NCBI GenBank assembly: GCA_965649765.1 | Contig: OZ287755.1 | Coordinates: forward strand, 60,450,001 to 60,514,000 | Direction: 5' to 3' | DNA from: Bispira polyomma | Taxonomy: Eukaryota | Length of the DNA: 64,000 nt | Part shown: piece by piece, positions 49,101 through 62,900 of the stretch | Position numbering within the stretch: position 1 is the first letter of the stretch | How the letters are laid out: each line of letters opens with the position of its first letter | Notes under the pieces: generated by a model | The model's input: the letters and a program-made list of their open reading frames with translations, nothing else | Told to the model about the DNA's origin: nothing | Databases searched by the model: none | Program-made: the position numbers and the translations under genes

Positions 49101-52100
49101 CTCTTTATAACAGAATGTAATGGTAACCTGATCACTATCTTAAATTATCAGTTCAATGAAAAAATGAGAGCATTGCTGGAAATGTTATAGGCTTGTGATT
49201 TATTAGAAATTTAAAACTCTATATTTACTTTGCCTGAGATAAATGAAGTAATAGCTAGTATTTGTACCAAATATTACCTTTTCTTTCTGGTTCAATTCTA
49301 TAATGTATTTGTCATGTTTATAAAAATGCAATATACAGTTGTGTTTATATTGTAGAAATCAGTTGTTCAAACAACATGAATTAATATCGGTGTCACATAA
49401 TGGAACACTGGCCTTCCTTAAGTTTATAAACAAAGGCACTTCTAAGGTATGTCTTTTATGGAATAGTACGTACACCAAAAGGTAACCAGAGAACTTTACG
49501 GGAGGTAGAATATGTTATACTTAATCACTTGTTTGTAACATTTTGTTTTTTTCTCAGTATCCTTTCTTTCAATGCCGTTATTAATGCCACTCCTGAATCT
49601 ACACTAAACTACACACAAATGAGATAAATATTTTTTATTGTTTTTAACATTTTATTTATCTTCTTTTGTGTTTACAATAATGACATGACATTTAGAAAAA
49701 AAAACAAGAAACAAAGTTACACAGGTTACATTTAAAACTTAGGTGAGATTTCAAATTAAAAGTTATTTCGATGCTAATATACTCTATAAAAGAAGACATA
49801 ACAATTAAAAATAAAAGATTACACTTTTTCAGATTCAGCAGACTTTACCAAGAGGGTGTACCGTTAAAAACAAAGTCCACTTTTTTTGTGTGGACTCTGC
49901 CAAATTACGTGACTTTTTTTTTAAAAAAAAGAAAAAAACAAAAAAAAACTTCTTTTTTTAAAAATATTTTTATTGTTCTTTTTGGTTTACATATATACAA
50001 GTCAAAAATACGACACAAATTCAACCTTAGTGAGAAAACACATTCAATATAATCACTTAATTACCAATTTTCCATAGTCATTTAGTGGCAATTACATTCG
50101 AAAAGAGCAAAACATCAAATTACCTGGGTACATCTATAAACACACGTACATATATTTATATATACAGGCAAAAAAACAATACTCTTACACATGTACAACA
50201 GTTCTTGTAATTTTAGGTCTATAAAGGGTTTACAATACAATACATTATTATACCACTAATTATAATTCTAAAAAGATAGCATGCCATGTCAACCATTTCC
50301 TTTTAAATCCCTCGTATGTATTATTAACTTTTGACAACATCTCCTGTTCAAAATATTTTGTTTCAGCAATTTTTTGTAAATGATATATGTTAAGATCTCT
50401 GTTTTTTGGGCATTTGTAAAAATATAATGTCTCGTAATTGTTAAGATAAAATTTAGTGGCCAAAAGTTTTGATCTTGTTCTAAATTCTTTTGTCCCTAAA
50501 ATTCTATGTAAAATTCGGTATTGGAACCATATAAATCCATTATCATTTATAGTATAAAAACAAACTTTATATATTATTTTCCATATGTTTGGAATTTCTT
50601 CAATATTTAAAACTAAGCGCCATTTTGTTTCATTTTTTGGTAAATTGTCACATGATTCTTGCATTTTTAAATAAATATTTTTACTTCCGGTATGGGAGTT
50701 TACTAAAATTCTTATATGAAATGGAATATATGGTCTTAAAAAAGGACAGACAATATTTTTCGCACTTTGCAGTAAAACTGGCTGAACAAAACGTTTTACC
50801 GTAAAGTAGTTAAGAATATTCACTGGAAAGTTATACCGAAACTTGATCTCTTCCAAGGTTAAGATGCAGCCTTCTAAGTTTACAATATCTCCAATAACAT
50901 GAATACCATGCTTAAACCAATCTGGAAAGAAAAGTTTATCCGTACCAATATGGCTATTGAACCAAATACTGCTGCAGTTTTTGTCTTGAGTAGTGTGAAC
51001 TTTTGAAATTTTACAAAGTTCTCTAAAATAAGTAAGAACTATTTTCCAAAAGGGGTTTAATCTTGATATTATAGTAGTACACCACTCACCCCCTAGAGTA
51101 AATAATTTTGTCAGATCTCCAGCTACATGTTTAAGGAGGATAAACCAGTTTTTTCTTCTTACTGAAATCATACGCTTTATCCAACTTACTTTCAAAGATT
51201 TTTCAAAATTATATATATTAACCATGCTGAGCCCCCCCCCCCCCCCCTGTAAATTATTTTTACACAGTTGTTTTCTCTTTATCTTGTCTGGTTTCCCATC
51301 CCATATATATTTAAATAAGAGATTGTTGATGTCATTGAGAATCTCAACTGGTGTTGGGATTGATGAGAACAAGTGGATAAATTTTGATAATATTAGTGTC
51401 TTAATAATTGTGATTTTTCCAGTCGGTGTCAGGTATCTGAATCTCCATGATTGGAGTGTGTGTTGGGCTCTTGTCAATGCTTTCTCATAGTTCAAACTTG
51501 GTATTTCAGACAAATCACATGAAAATTTTAGTCCTAAAAGATTAAACTTAGAGTCTCCCCAGTGTAGTTTTGATGTAACTTTCAATTTTTCTTTTGAGCC
51601 AATTTTACTACCAATCCAGACAAGTTGAGTTTTTTCAGTATTCATTTTTAGTCCCCACAAATTACCAAAAATCTCTTTTCCAATTTGGAGGCCCTTAATT
51701 TTTGAAGATTTCTGAGTGAGAAAGCTTAATATTTCGGCTACCAACAAAAAAAGATATGGAGCAATTGGGTCTCCTTGTCTACAGCCCCTTTCTACCGGTA
51801 TTGGATTAGATAAAACTCCACATTGTATTACGTATGCATTTATATCTCTGTTAAAAAGTTTTATCCAGTTAATGAAATTTTCACAGAAACCAAAATAATT
51901 GAGTACTTTATGGAGGAAAGCCCATGAGACAGAATCAAATGCTTGGTAACACTTTTTAATTTAGTTTTTCAGACTTGGCGGGAATAATGTGACATTCAAA
52001 AAACAATGTTCTCAAGTTACATTTTAAACGGTGGTACAACTTTAAATAACATTACTTCTAACAGATTTCAACAGAGTTTACAGACAATTTGAGTGTAACA

Positions 52101-55100
52101 GACTCCACAGAATAATATCTTCTTCTTTAAAACTTATAGACTTTGTTTTTCGAGCCATTATTTCAATATCGATCATTTTTCTAATGTTTGAACAAAAAAC
52201 TTTGAAAATGATATTAACCTCGTTTCTTTTACAGGTATATATATGCCATTTTCCATATAGTATTAAAAAGTTGATAATGGTAAACACACTATTGTTGTAA
52301 CAAGGAATCCCAAGTAATATTTCTAGAATTGCAAGATCCAGCTTTATCTGGAAAGTCTCAAGAATTAACTCCCTGATATTCTTCCACAATATCACAACAG
52401 ATTTGCATTCATAAAAAAAATGTTCTATTGTGTCCATTTTACTACATTTTTCACAATTTGGTGAAGTAGCCTTTTTCCAAAGAAACAAGTTGGAGTTACA
52501 TGTGACAAATCTGTTTAGGATAGTATACTGGAAACTTTGTAATCTAGAGTCCTGGCATATTTTGTAAAGAAGTTTAAAAACTGGACTCCAATCTAAATTG
52601 TCCAAGAAATGATAGTATTCTGTCCATTTATTGACTGCAGTCGGATATTTATAAGTAAATGCTAAATATTCATAAATGTCTTTACTTTTTATCATTGAGA
52701 TGTCTTTCCGTAAATGTGGAATATCGTAAGTTGTCATTTTCATTGGTTTGATGTTGGTTCGAACAAGATCTTTCCATTTTTTAGGAATTAAAGATATAAC
52801 TGAATTAAATACTATGATAGGAATACTGCATTTAAACTTGATGTTTAGCTCCTCTCTAGTTAAAAATTTGTTACCATGTATTAAATCTCTCAGATATATT
52901 ATCCCATTATCTTTCAAAAAGTCATATTTACGATTCAATGGTTTATTCTCAATCAGAATGAAACAATTGCTTTGTAATTTCTCTTGCATAAATTTGTTGT
53001 AATTCTTAGATGCCACTGAATAAAAGGAATACCAACAATGTAGTACTTGTTTATAGAATTCACTACCAATTGACCAAACATTTAAGTTGCTTAGATTAAC
53101 TTTGGAAAATATGGTGGTTGAATCCGAGATTCCACATACCGTCTTTGCTAAAAGTCTCCATTTATTTACAAAAGTATTATTACTGTTACAAAATAATCTT
53201 TTAACCCAGTATGCCTTAATTGCAATGATAGTTTTGCTAAAATCTGGCATCTTAAGACCCCCCCCCCCTGCTCAATGCTATTAATAATTGCATCTTTTTT
53301 AACTTTTTGCCTTTTATCTTTTCCCCAAAGGAAACTGAACAACATGTCATTCACTTCATTTATAAAGTGGTCAGGTACATGAATCATACTACAAATGTTA
53401 ATGATAAGACTTAATATAAGACTTTTGATGACCACTATTTTACCTCTAAGGCTTATTGCTTGACTAGACCACAGGTTGATAATCGTTTGTATATCTCTTA
53501 GTTTGGGTTTTAGATTTAAGTTATATACTTCATTTTTATTATGAGAAAACCAGACCCCTAGCGTTTTAAAAGTGCCTTGCCTTAATTTTTTTTGGATATG
53601 TTTGTCTTTCAAGGTTTTCTCGCTAAGGGGGATTAGTTCTGTTTTTGATTTATTAAGTTTTAGACCAGAACAAATACTAAACAATTCTAATTCATCAAAA
53701 GCATACCTCAATGAGTTTTGATCATGTAAAGAGAGAGTTGTATCATCAGCAAGTTGATTAATCTTAAATTCAAAGTTATCAATTTTGATTCCTTTAATGT
53801 TTGTTTCAGACCTTATATCTATAGCTAAGAATTCAACAACTATTATAAATAAGAGTGCACTTTAACAACAACCTTGTCTTATTCCATGGTAAAGCTTGAA
53901 AAAAGGAGAACCTTTGCCATTATTTATGACGCAACTTTCAATATCAGAATATAACATTTTGACACAGGCTATGAAATCCTCTCCAAAGTTAAGAGCTTTG
54001 AGGCATTTTATTAGGAAAGACCAGTTAACAGAATCAAAGGCCTTTTCAAAATCCACTAAAACCAAGAAGCCAGGGATAGAATTTTGATTTGAATAATCAA
54101 TTATGTCAAAAATGGTCCTAATATTTTCACCTATAAATCTTCCTTTAATATATCCCACTTGGTCAGGGTTAATGATTTTATCTAAGACTTTTTGTAAATG
54201 TGATGCATAAAGTTTTGTTAAGATTTTGTAATCAGTGTTTAAAACACTAATAGGTCGCCAGTTTTTCAGTTGACATAGATCTTTGTCCTTTTTTGGGACT
54301 AAAGTTATGACTCCTCTTTTCTGGTCAAGCGATAACTGGCTATGTTCAAGAGACCATTTGAAACTGTCATAGACAAAATATTTGACCTCGCACCATAAAA
54401 ATTTATAAAACTCTGTTGACAGCCCATCTGTCCCAGGTGATTTATTGTTTGACAAATTTTGCAATGCTTTTGCACATTCGTCTATTGTGATAGGATTATC
54501 ACACATAATTTTGTCCGTCTCATTAAGTGGCTTTATGTTGGGATTATTCAGAAACTTATTTTCAATATTTTCTATCTCTTGTTTGTCAATCAAAGGGCTG
54601 TTACTGTTATACAAATTTTGAAAGAAACGTTGTTCTTCCATTAGTATTTCGTTTTCATTAGTGATAGGCCCATTGGAAGTGTCTAAACGTTTTATACATT
54701 TTGTGTTGTAATTTTGTTTCTCCAAATTGAGAAAATACTTATTAATATTAAAATACTTAAATATTTTTCTCATTTTCCATTATGTGTTTTGCTCTTGAGC
54801 GCACTATAGAAGCATTTGCTCTAGTGGTGTAAAATTCATTTAAATCTAATTTTGTTGTTTCATATGATTCTAAAATTTCAGGGGTAGGATTTTCATTCAG
54901 TTTTATCTCTATAGTTCTGAGTTTTTCAATCATGTCAGTTTCAAGTTTTCTTCGTTGTTTTGCTTTGAAAGAGGAGTAAGAAATTGTTTGTCCACGAATT
55001 TTGCATTTAATATAGTCCCACAACAATGACTTGTTCTCAAAAGTACCATATTCTGTATATGATTTTGTTAATAAATTGTTTATTTTGTCAATATATTCTC

Positions 55101-56889
55101 TGTCAGTTAATAAGCTGTTATTGAACTTATAAAACCCTTTACCTCTATGCCATTGTGGAGTTAAGTCAAAACTGATCCCTATCAAACTGTGATCTGATTT
55201 AATACTAGGAATAATTGATGATTGTATGTTTTCATATTGCATATCACTAGCGACAAAGAACATGTCCAATCTGGATTGTACTAAACCCCCTCTACTTTTA
55301 TTGCGCCAAGTGTATTGTCGTAATTTTGGATGTTGGTGACGATAAATGTCACACAGATCAAATTCTTCCAATAAATCTTGTAACTGATTAGAGTAAGCTG
55401 ACAATGTTTCGCCTGAGCCTCCATTTTTATCAAATTCGGGAGCTAAATATGTGTTAAAATCTCCTGCAAGTATAATCTTTTTTCCCATAAAGTATAGCAG
55501 TTTATTACGGAGAAAGGTAGTAAAATCAACTTGCTCTCGTACGTTATTCTTTGTTGGAGCATAAACATTGACAAAAATTAAATCACAGCTATCAATTGAT
55601 ACATTGAGTAAGAGAAATCTACCCGATTCATCTGTAAATTCTTCATGAATTTGTGCATTATAATGTTTAGGTATCAGAGTGGAAACACCTCGTGCATTAC
55701 TAGCACCATGTGAGAAATAAAGGTCAAAATTATAGAAATCTTTTTTCCATTTTGACTCCGACTCGACAGTACAGTGAGTTTCTTGGAGGAATACTACTCC
55801 TTTGTGATTAGCTTCCAACCATTTTAATATTGATATTCGTTTATTGCTATTAGCTACGCCATTTGTATTAAAACTAAAATTTTTAAAATTGCTTTCCTGA
55901 TTCATACGTTATAGAAGTATAACTATATGATACTTTTCTGTATAATAAGATAAGCAAGATCTTTGTAGCTGCAAATCAACAAATGGCTTATGCAATCAAT
56001 TATCTTTGTTGAATGGAACAGGGAACCAAGTCCTGAGATATTCATGATATTCACATACCTAATAATTATTAACTCTAACAGAGACCGTGAACTGAAGAGA
56101 AACTTATTTAGACACGATATACTTTTAACTTTTACAATAATAAGATTTTTGTCACCAACTTTCAAATGTAACCGTGTGAGCAAACAAAAATGGAACACAA
56201 AGAAGATATTTAAACTAAACTTAAACAAGCAAACTGATGACAAGATATACAAGATACAATCAAACATATATACATAAGTGACAACATTTATAGATACAGA
56301 GTGGTAGATCATAACTGGACATTTAAAAAAAAAAAAAAAAATTATTTATTTATTTTAGCAATGGTACTAGCCAGTAATAGTACATTAAGCACAAAACTGC
56401 AAACTGTTGAACATATTTTATAACAATTGAAAAGTTTTAAAACATTTTCACACCTGGCGTAACAGCGCATTACATTATTTCAGGCAAACTATAATGGAAA
56501 ATATTAGTAAATTTCAGTAATGGCACTAGCCAGTAATAATTAAGTACAAAAATTGCAAACTGTTTCACATATTTCATAATAATATTTCAAATATTTAAAC
56601 GTTTTCACAGCTGATGTAATAGTATCATACAACAATGAGTATCATAAACTACATATATTTGTAGAATTTCAATTTTGTCAGTATTAGCAATTACATATTC
56701 TAATATTCATTAGATGGAAAATAGGCAAACTGATGTAAAGATTTGTCACAACAATAGAATAGTTTAACTTATTTTTCACAGCGGATACAATAGTAAGCAT
56801 AATTACAACACACACTATGGTACTTACATTTTGACTTTCAAAGAATAGTACATTATATCATGTATACACATGATATCCCCACAAATACA

Positions 56890-56924
<35 letters not shown>

Positions 56925-59900
56925 AAATATATATATATTTATATATACATATATACCCATATATACATATATCTATGGCAGTTTTTGCCTATTTAACTCT
57001 TTCAATCATAAAACCAAATCTGATGGAACAGCATATAAAAAAGTCTATTATGTTATATATAACAATTTGGTTTTGGACATTCCAGTGTATCATTTGTATT
57101 ACGTGTTTCAAGATTTTAGCTTATAGTGGTGCAACATTTACATAACCATATCATGAGATTACATGTCAATTAATTGCTTGTCTGATCCGTAAAATAGTTC
57201 AGGATTCCAAAATCTTTAAGCGCAAATCCTGAACTAAAGTCCATACATCAAAAGTAGTCAGATAAACTGTTATTTTACCTAAGTGTGTTTCTAACCTTCA
57301 TTAGATTATAGATTTTTATAGATTTTTAATGCGCTTTATTGATGCTAGGCATCTTCTAAAGCGCAACAGCAGAATCATTAGTCTAATCATTAAGTCCATG
57401 GACTTAATCATTAGTGCTTTTCCCAGTTTGTTTTCACCTTTCCAGCAATCTGGTTTCCAGAGATCATTGTCCATGAGCGAGAGTCCTGTTCCAAATACTT
57501 TGTCATTTGGGTTAGCTTCCGCAAGAGTGGTTTCACCAGTGGACTTCAGGAAGAGCAGAGTTGTTCATTTTGGCCGAACTTTGCAGTGAGGCCTATATCC
57601 AAGATGTTATCTACTTCTTTTTCCCATACCAGCTGTTTGAAGTTGGTCACTTCTCTGCCTAGCATTTTAATCTGGACTGGATCATCTTCATGGAGGATGT
57701 CACCAGCTTTCTGGTGATCGCCAAACAACTTGGCCTTTTCACACGTGAGGAATTTCTCCATACTAGAGTAGGTTACTCCCTGGACATTGAAGACACACTT
57801 AAAGTGATTTGACAGCTTACTGTGACATCTAAAGAATCCTGTGATACCATTTTTGGTGATATTGAACAAATCATCAAGCTTAAAGGGTTCTGGTAGACTG
57901 TCCAGGTTATCCACGCTGTAAACCTTGCTGTTTAAGATCAGTTTGTCTCCATTAAGTTTCAGCTCCTGGATCTTATGTTGCTCATCTTGCTGCTTGTAGG
58001 ATCGTAAGGCGGCAAATACTGGGTATAAAATTTTGTTGGCAGCTTCCACTTTTGGTGGCATGTCATCAAACAGGTGTAGACTGTGTTTCTTTTTCAACAG
58101 ATCCTTTTCTGAATGCTCCTAAACGGTGGATTCTTTCAAAAGTCTTTATTCCAAAGCTGTGTTCATGGTTTAAAAACTCATTGAAAAGACCAGTGACATA
58201 CACATCCAGGTTTTTATCCCTTGATTCCTTGACCCCAGCTATCCTAAGGTTATTTCTTCGCTGATAAATTTCAACTTTCTGTACGTGTTGCTTTAGTGCT
58301 TGATTCTCAGCTTGTAGTTGAACTATTTCATGCTTTAACTTTGATGCAGAGTTTGTAGCTTCATCTCTCACTATCTGTAGTTCAGTTTTCATCATTGACA
58401 GTTCATTTTTGAGTGGTGTCAGATGGGCTTCAAACTTTTCTTCCAGCAAATCAGATAATATAGAGCGTAATCCATCATTGTCTATGATCAAATGAGTATG
58501 CCATGTCCATGTTAGGTCTTTTTGTGACAGGTGTTTTGTGAGACATTTTTGTATATCCACTTTCTGAGGAATATTGTAGTTCATGAAACAGAATACCAAT
58601 TTAAAAGTACAAATTATATATCCAGATTGTAGGAGTTCCTAACAAAAAGTAGGTATCACAGTCTTTCAGATATCTACAGTGTACTTGTATATGTTGTGTG
58701 TATGTGTTCAAATAAATTAGGTACCACAAGCAGGTGATTATCTTAAAATTAGAGTCCAAATAATTCTAGTGTGGGAGAAATAGTACCAATAAACAGTGTT
58801 TCTCTCTCTGTAGCACTAATAACCTATATCCATTCTCTGCAGGTGTGTTGAAATAGTTTTTTTTTACCCCTTCTAATGTTTACCACAATCTAGCACACAA
58901 AACCCCCAGTGTCCCCACAAATGTGTCTCTCTCTCTCTTTAGCACTAATTAGCCCAAATACTATTCTCTACTGCATGGTGTGTTATATTAGTTTTTTGAC
59001 ACCCTCCATATTTCACACATGTGCAGGCTAACAACTTACTGGCACCTCTCAGGCTAATGAATGTTTTAATGCATGACTGATTCAGGCTTTGGTAATATTA
59101 TATTAAATAAGATCCTATTCCATTTTATAAGCCACAAATAACATTTATATGTTGGTAATTTTCATCTTATTTATATCCAGTTATGATCACCAACAAAATC
59201 TCTTTCATATCATACTATTTTCATCATGAACAGATTGAAAGAATCTACTGTAAAAATCACTTTTATCAGAGCTAAAAAATATCCTGTCTCTCTTGGTTAA
59301 GACTTAAATTTACATGTATCTCTATTTTCCTAGAGATACAAAATGAGATAAATAATAGTTTTACTTTAAAGCTATGATTTACAACTTTAATTTTTCTAAA
59401 GTTGTCTTATTTATTGCTATAAGAGCAATATATTTATAGTCTTTTGGCTTGCCGGTCAAACACGATTTCAAAGTGACAATGTGGGAACAATTTTCAGATT
59501 GTAGATGTGTGTGCTAAAGAAGTTATCCTGGGTTTACCCGTTGAAGCTCTGAAAAGGGTTAAGTTTGCTGACAGGGACCTCTCTCAGGCTTTTGATAAAC
59601 TACTGCCTGCAGTGCAACAGGTATGATCCAGCATTAAATTTAAGTTACCTATATTGATATATATATATTGACATCTGTCAGCAAAGTTACTAAAAGGAGA
59701 AAATATGCAGGTATTACATTCACAATACTGTTATTATTGTTTTGTATCAGTCATTAGGTAATCCAGTTACCTGAAGTCAAATTGTTATATAATATGTAAA
59801 TTATATAAGAGTATATCAGAAGTCTTACCCATGTATAGTATGACCCAATGATAGCTTTAACTTTCTGATCATACCATGAGTTCAACCAGGGACCCTGCAG

Positions 59901-62900
59901 TCACAATTAAAACGGTAACCAATGGGTAACAGATACCCACAAATTTAAATGTGAAAAATATTCATTCAGGTGATCCTTTGTCATTTACAGTTTTTTGTAA
60001 AAGATGTGTACTATATTATAGGGTCCTGCTTTCAAGATGTACTTGGTTTACGACAGGCCCTGGTGGAGAGATGGAGGCAAAGGTTTAGTCTATGACCAAC
60101 TAAGACGGCACAATGTGTCGGTGAAATCAATCCAAACTGACCTCCAGGTTGGAAGCATCTTAGACTTGGGTAAACAACTACTGATTCTTTAGCAATCCCT
60201 GTAGATGGAGCAACCAAGGAAATACTTACTTTTTCTATTATATTAAAATTTATACCACACCTTTATCTACCTTTGTGTGGTATTCATACGTAATTCATCT
60301 TAAGTTTGCAACTTTGGTGGATACCCTAGATTACAGACAACTGGGCCTGTTAAGTGAATCATCTGGTAGCAACAAAATGTCTGTCTCCCATAACAATAAC
60401 AGCATTTACCTAGTAGATTAAAACAAAATAACAAAAAATGTTAAATGAATTGCATTCAGATTTCTGTGGCCTCTACAGAGGTCTCTCTCATGCTGATTTG
60501 TCTCTGCTGTGCAACAGGTATGATCAGGATTAGAATTAAGTGTCATCATTTAACAGTATCTTTAAGCAAAATAACATATTGCATTCAGACTTTTCGTTGT
60601 CTCTTTATGTACAGAGGTCTCTCTCTGCTGTGCAACAGGTATGATTCAGGATTAGAATTAAGTGACTTACATGCTTTTGTATATTGTAAAATGCTATATT
60701 GCACAGTAACAAGACCCAGTACAAAAGCCATGTATTCTATGTCTCAGGGGCCGCGGTGGCCTAGTGGTTAGCAACCATTGCGTTTCACAATCACTGGTCT
60801 CTTACCTCTGGGCGGCGTGAGTTCGAATCCCATCGATGCCTATGTGGGAAAGGTGGTAGTTCCTTACTGTGGGCCACTGGTTTCAGTGCAGAACCTTGAT
60901 CAACTGTATGCAGTGTTTCCTCCAGCATTTCCAACTACCCGTCCCAATATAACCTAAACAGGTACTAGAGTGGACGTTAAATATCCAAAATTAAAAAAAA
61001 ATATTCTATGTCTTACTGTATGTATTATAAGATTGTATAATTTTCATCACACAAACCTAAGACATATACAAATAACTAGTTTTCCCCACTCTGCATGCTA
61101 ACCTCATTACACATGAAGTCAATTCTGACTTTAAGGTACATGGGATTTCACTGTGAATTCTGTATTTTTCTATAGACATTTCAAGGAACTTTATGCTTAA
61201 AAACTATAGCAAACTGAAATGGTTAAGACTTGTACGTCTTTTAAATTAACAGTTTTATTTTAGTCCAACATCTGTAAAACATCCTTGTTTAATTTTACAA
61301 TTATACCTCAACACAATTTTTCACTAGAGGATGTTTATCAACAAAGCAGTACATGGGGAGAGTGGATAAAATAATATCTGAGACTAGTTAACAATCAGAG
61401 TAATAGACAGAGATTGTCAAGTCCATTCAGGGCTATATCATATGGTGCACAACATTAAGGCTATGTTATGTGAGGGCCAAAATTCGTACCTTATGGCATC
61501 AAACTGGCATGGTTTCTTTCGTCCTTTAATTTGACAAAAACAATAGACGTCTGTTAACTACATAATACGTAGAAATGTACTGCATGAACTAATCAATATA
61601 TACATAAATTACTGTAGCAGTAACTGGATTGTAGGTGTGGACAGCACTACAGGCAAATCTGTACTGCTGGTCTATGGTGACTGGTGGAACAATGTTCTCT
61701 TTTGGGCTCCTTACATGGAGAATGGGGTCAAGCATGCCTCAGGGATTGAGTCTGAGTTCCTTGCATCAGAGAAGTTGATAAGACAGGTCAATCTCCAGCT
61801 GGCTGAAGTGTTTAATCTCAGTGAGAGCGAGGTCCCCATCCCAGAGGTCTCTCTGTCACATGGCTGGTATGCAGCACCTTACTGGGGGGCATGGCATGGG
61901 AAGGTGGGTGGGTATCACTTCCCAACAGTGAAGGCTAGTGTGCTCAAACCTATAGATAACAAAGGTAAGTGGTCTTTCATGACAGCAGCATCAGCACATA
62001 CTGTAATATGTGTATCAATAAGTCTGTTGGCTTTGAATCATAGTAATATTTATTGAACAATTAAAACAATCTACATTATGTTCGGATGCTATAGGTGAAT
62101 TAAACGTACATACTAATCAACATTATCATACAATTATCTAGGGCAGGTAATTAATTTAACGTTGCCAACACTGGCTAATGGGGATATTTACTGATTTCAC
62201 ATTGTATTGGCAATCAGTAATCTGAAAATATTTTGGGTTGGTGGTTATATTTAGAGAGGTAGCCTACATAAATTATCGCCCAGTATCTAATCACAATTTT
62301 CTTTCAAAAGTAACTGAAAGGGCAGTCATTAGTCAGATCATAGAAATATTCTGTAACATCCTCTTGTATCTGCTTATTGTTTTTATTGTACTTATCACAG
62401 TACAGCATTGATTGTGATATTCAATGATATTTTGGACCTATTAGCATCGTTTGATACTGTCGATTACATGGTATTATTACAAAGGCTATACACCATGTTC
62501 GGTATCGCAACATTCAAATGGTTCATCTCATATCTGTCAGAAGGATCCCAAAAAGTCAGTGTTACTGGTATTAAATCAAACAGTGATAGATTAGCGTATT
62601 GTGTCTCCCAGGGTTTTGGCAAGAAAGAATTTTTACTTGTTGGACCACACATACAAAAGCCAAAAATAGTTTGTGATTGGATAACAGCTAGTGACCAGTT
62701 GGTGTTGGATTAATGATAAGCTATTATTTCCATTCATGTGGCAAATACAGTAAAAATATTAAACCCTCAATAACTGACTTGAGTTTCCCAGGAAATTATT
62801 TCGAAATTATCTGTGACCTTGTATATCTATACTCTTTTTTGTATTCCAGGGGTTTATGTTGTTGGGGAAGCCTTCTCAGACGTCCAGGTTTGGGTGGAAG

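Larger units (their letters stand above)
51945..58650 (-). mobile_element. Near full-length Tx1/L1-clade LINE (ORF1-NADAR, ~1.5-kb spacer, ORF2), decayed
   Basis: ORF1 at ~58599-57410. ORF2 APE at 55905-54757 (FLQETH, NVYAP, LAGDFN, SRLDMF, SDH), RT at 54773-53700 (KSPGTDG, WRPISVLNTDYKIL, DFEKAFDSV, QLADDTT) and C-terminus to 52078 (CEKCSKMDTIEHFFYEC). The 5' boundary is uncertain. Confidence 0.92.

Noticed and set aside
60032-60217. Minus-strand 61-aa ORF
   Set aside because: Antisense shadow of oxidase exon 8.
60747-60835. tRNA gene (CTTCACA/TTTCACA loop suggestive of a TCA/Sec anticodon)
   Set aside because: It is the head of a multi-copy SINE with TSDs and a tail, and lacks a convincing acceptor stem or Pol III terminator.
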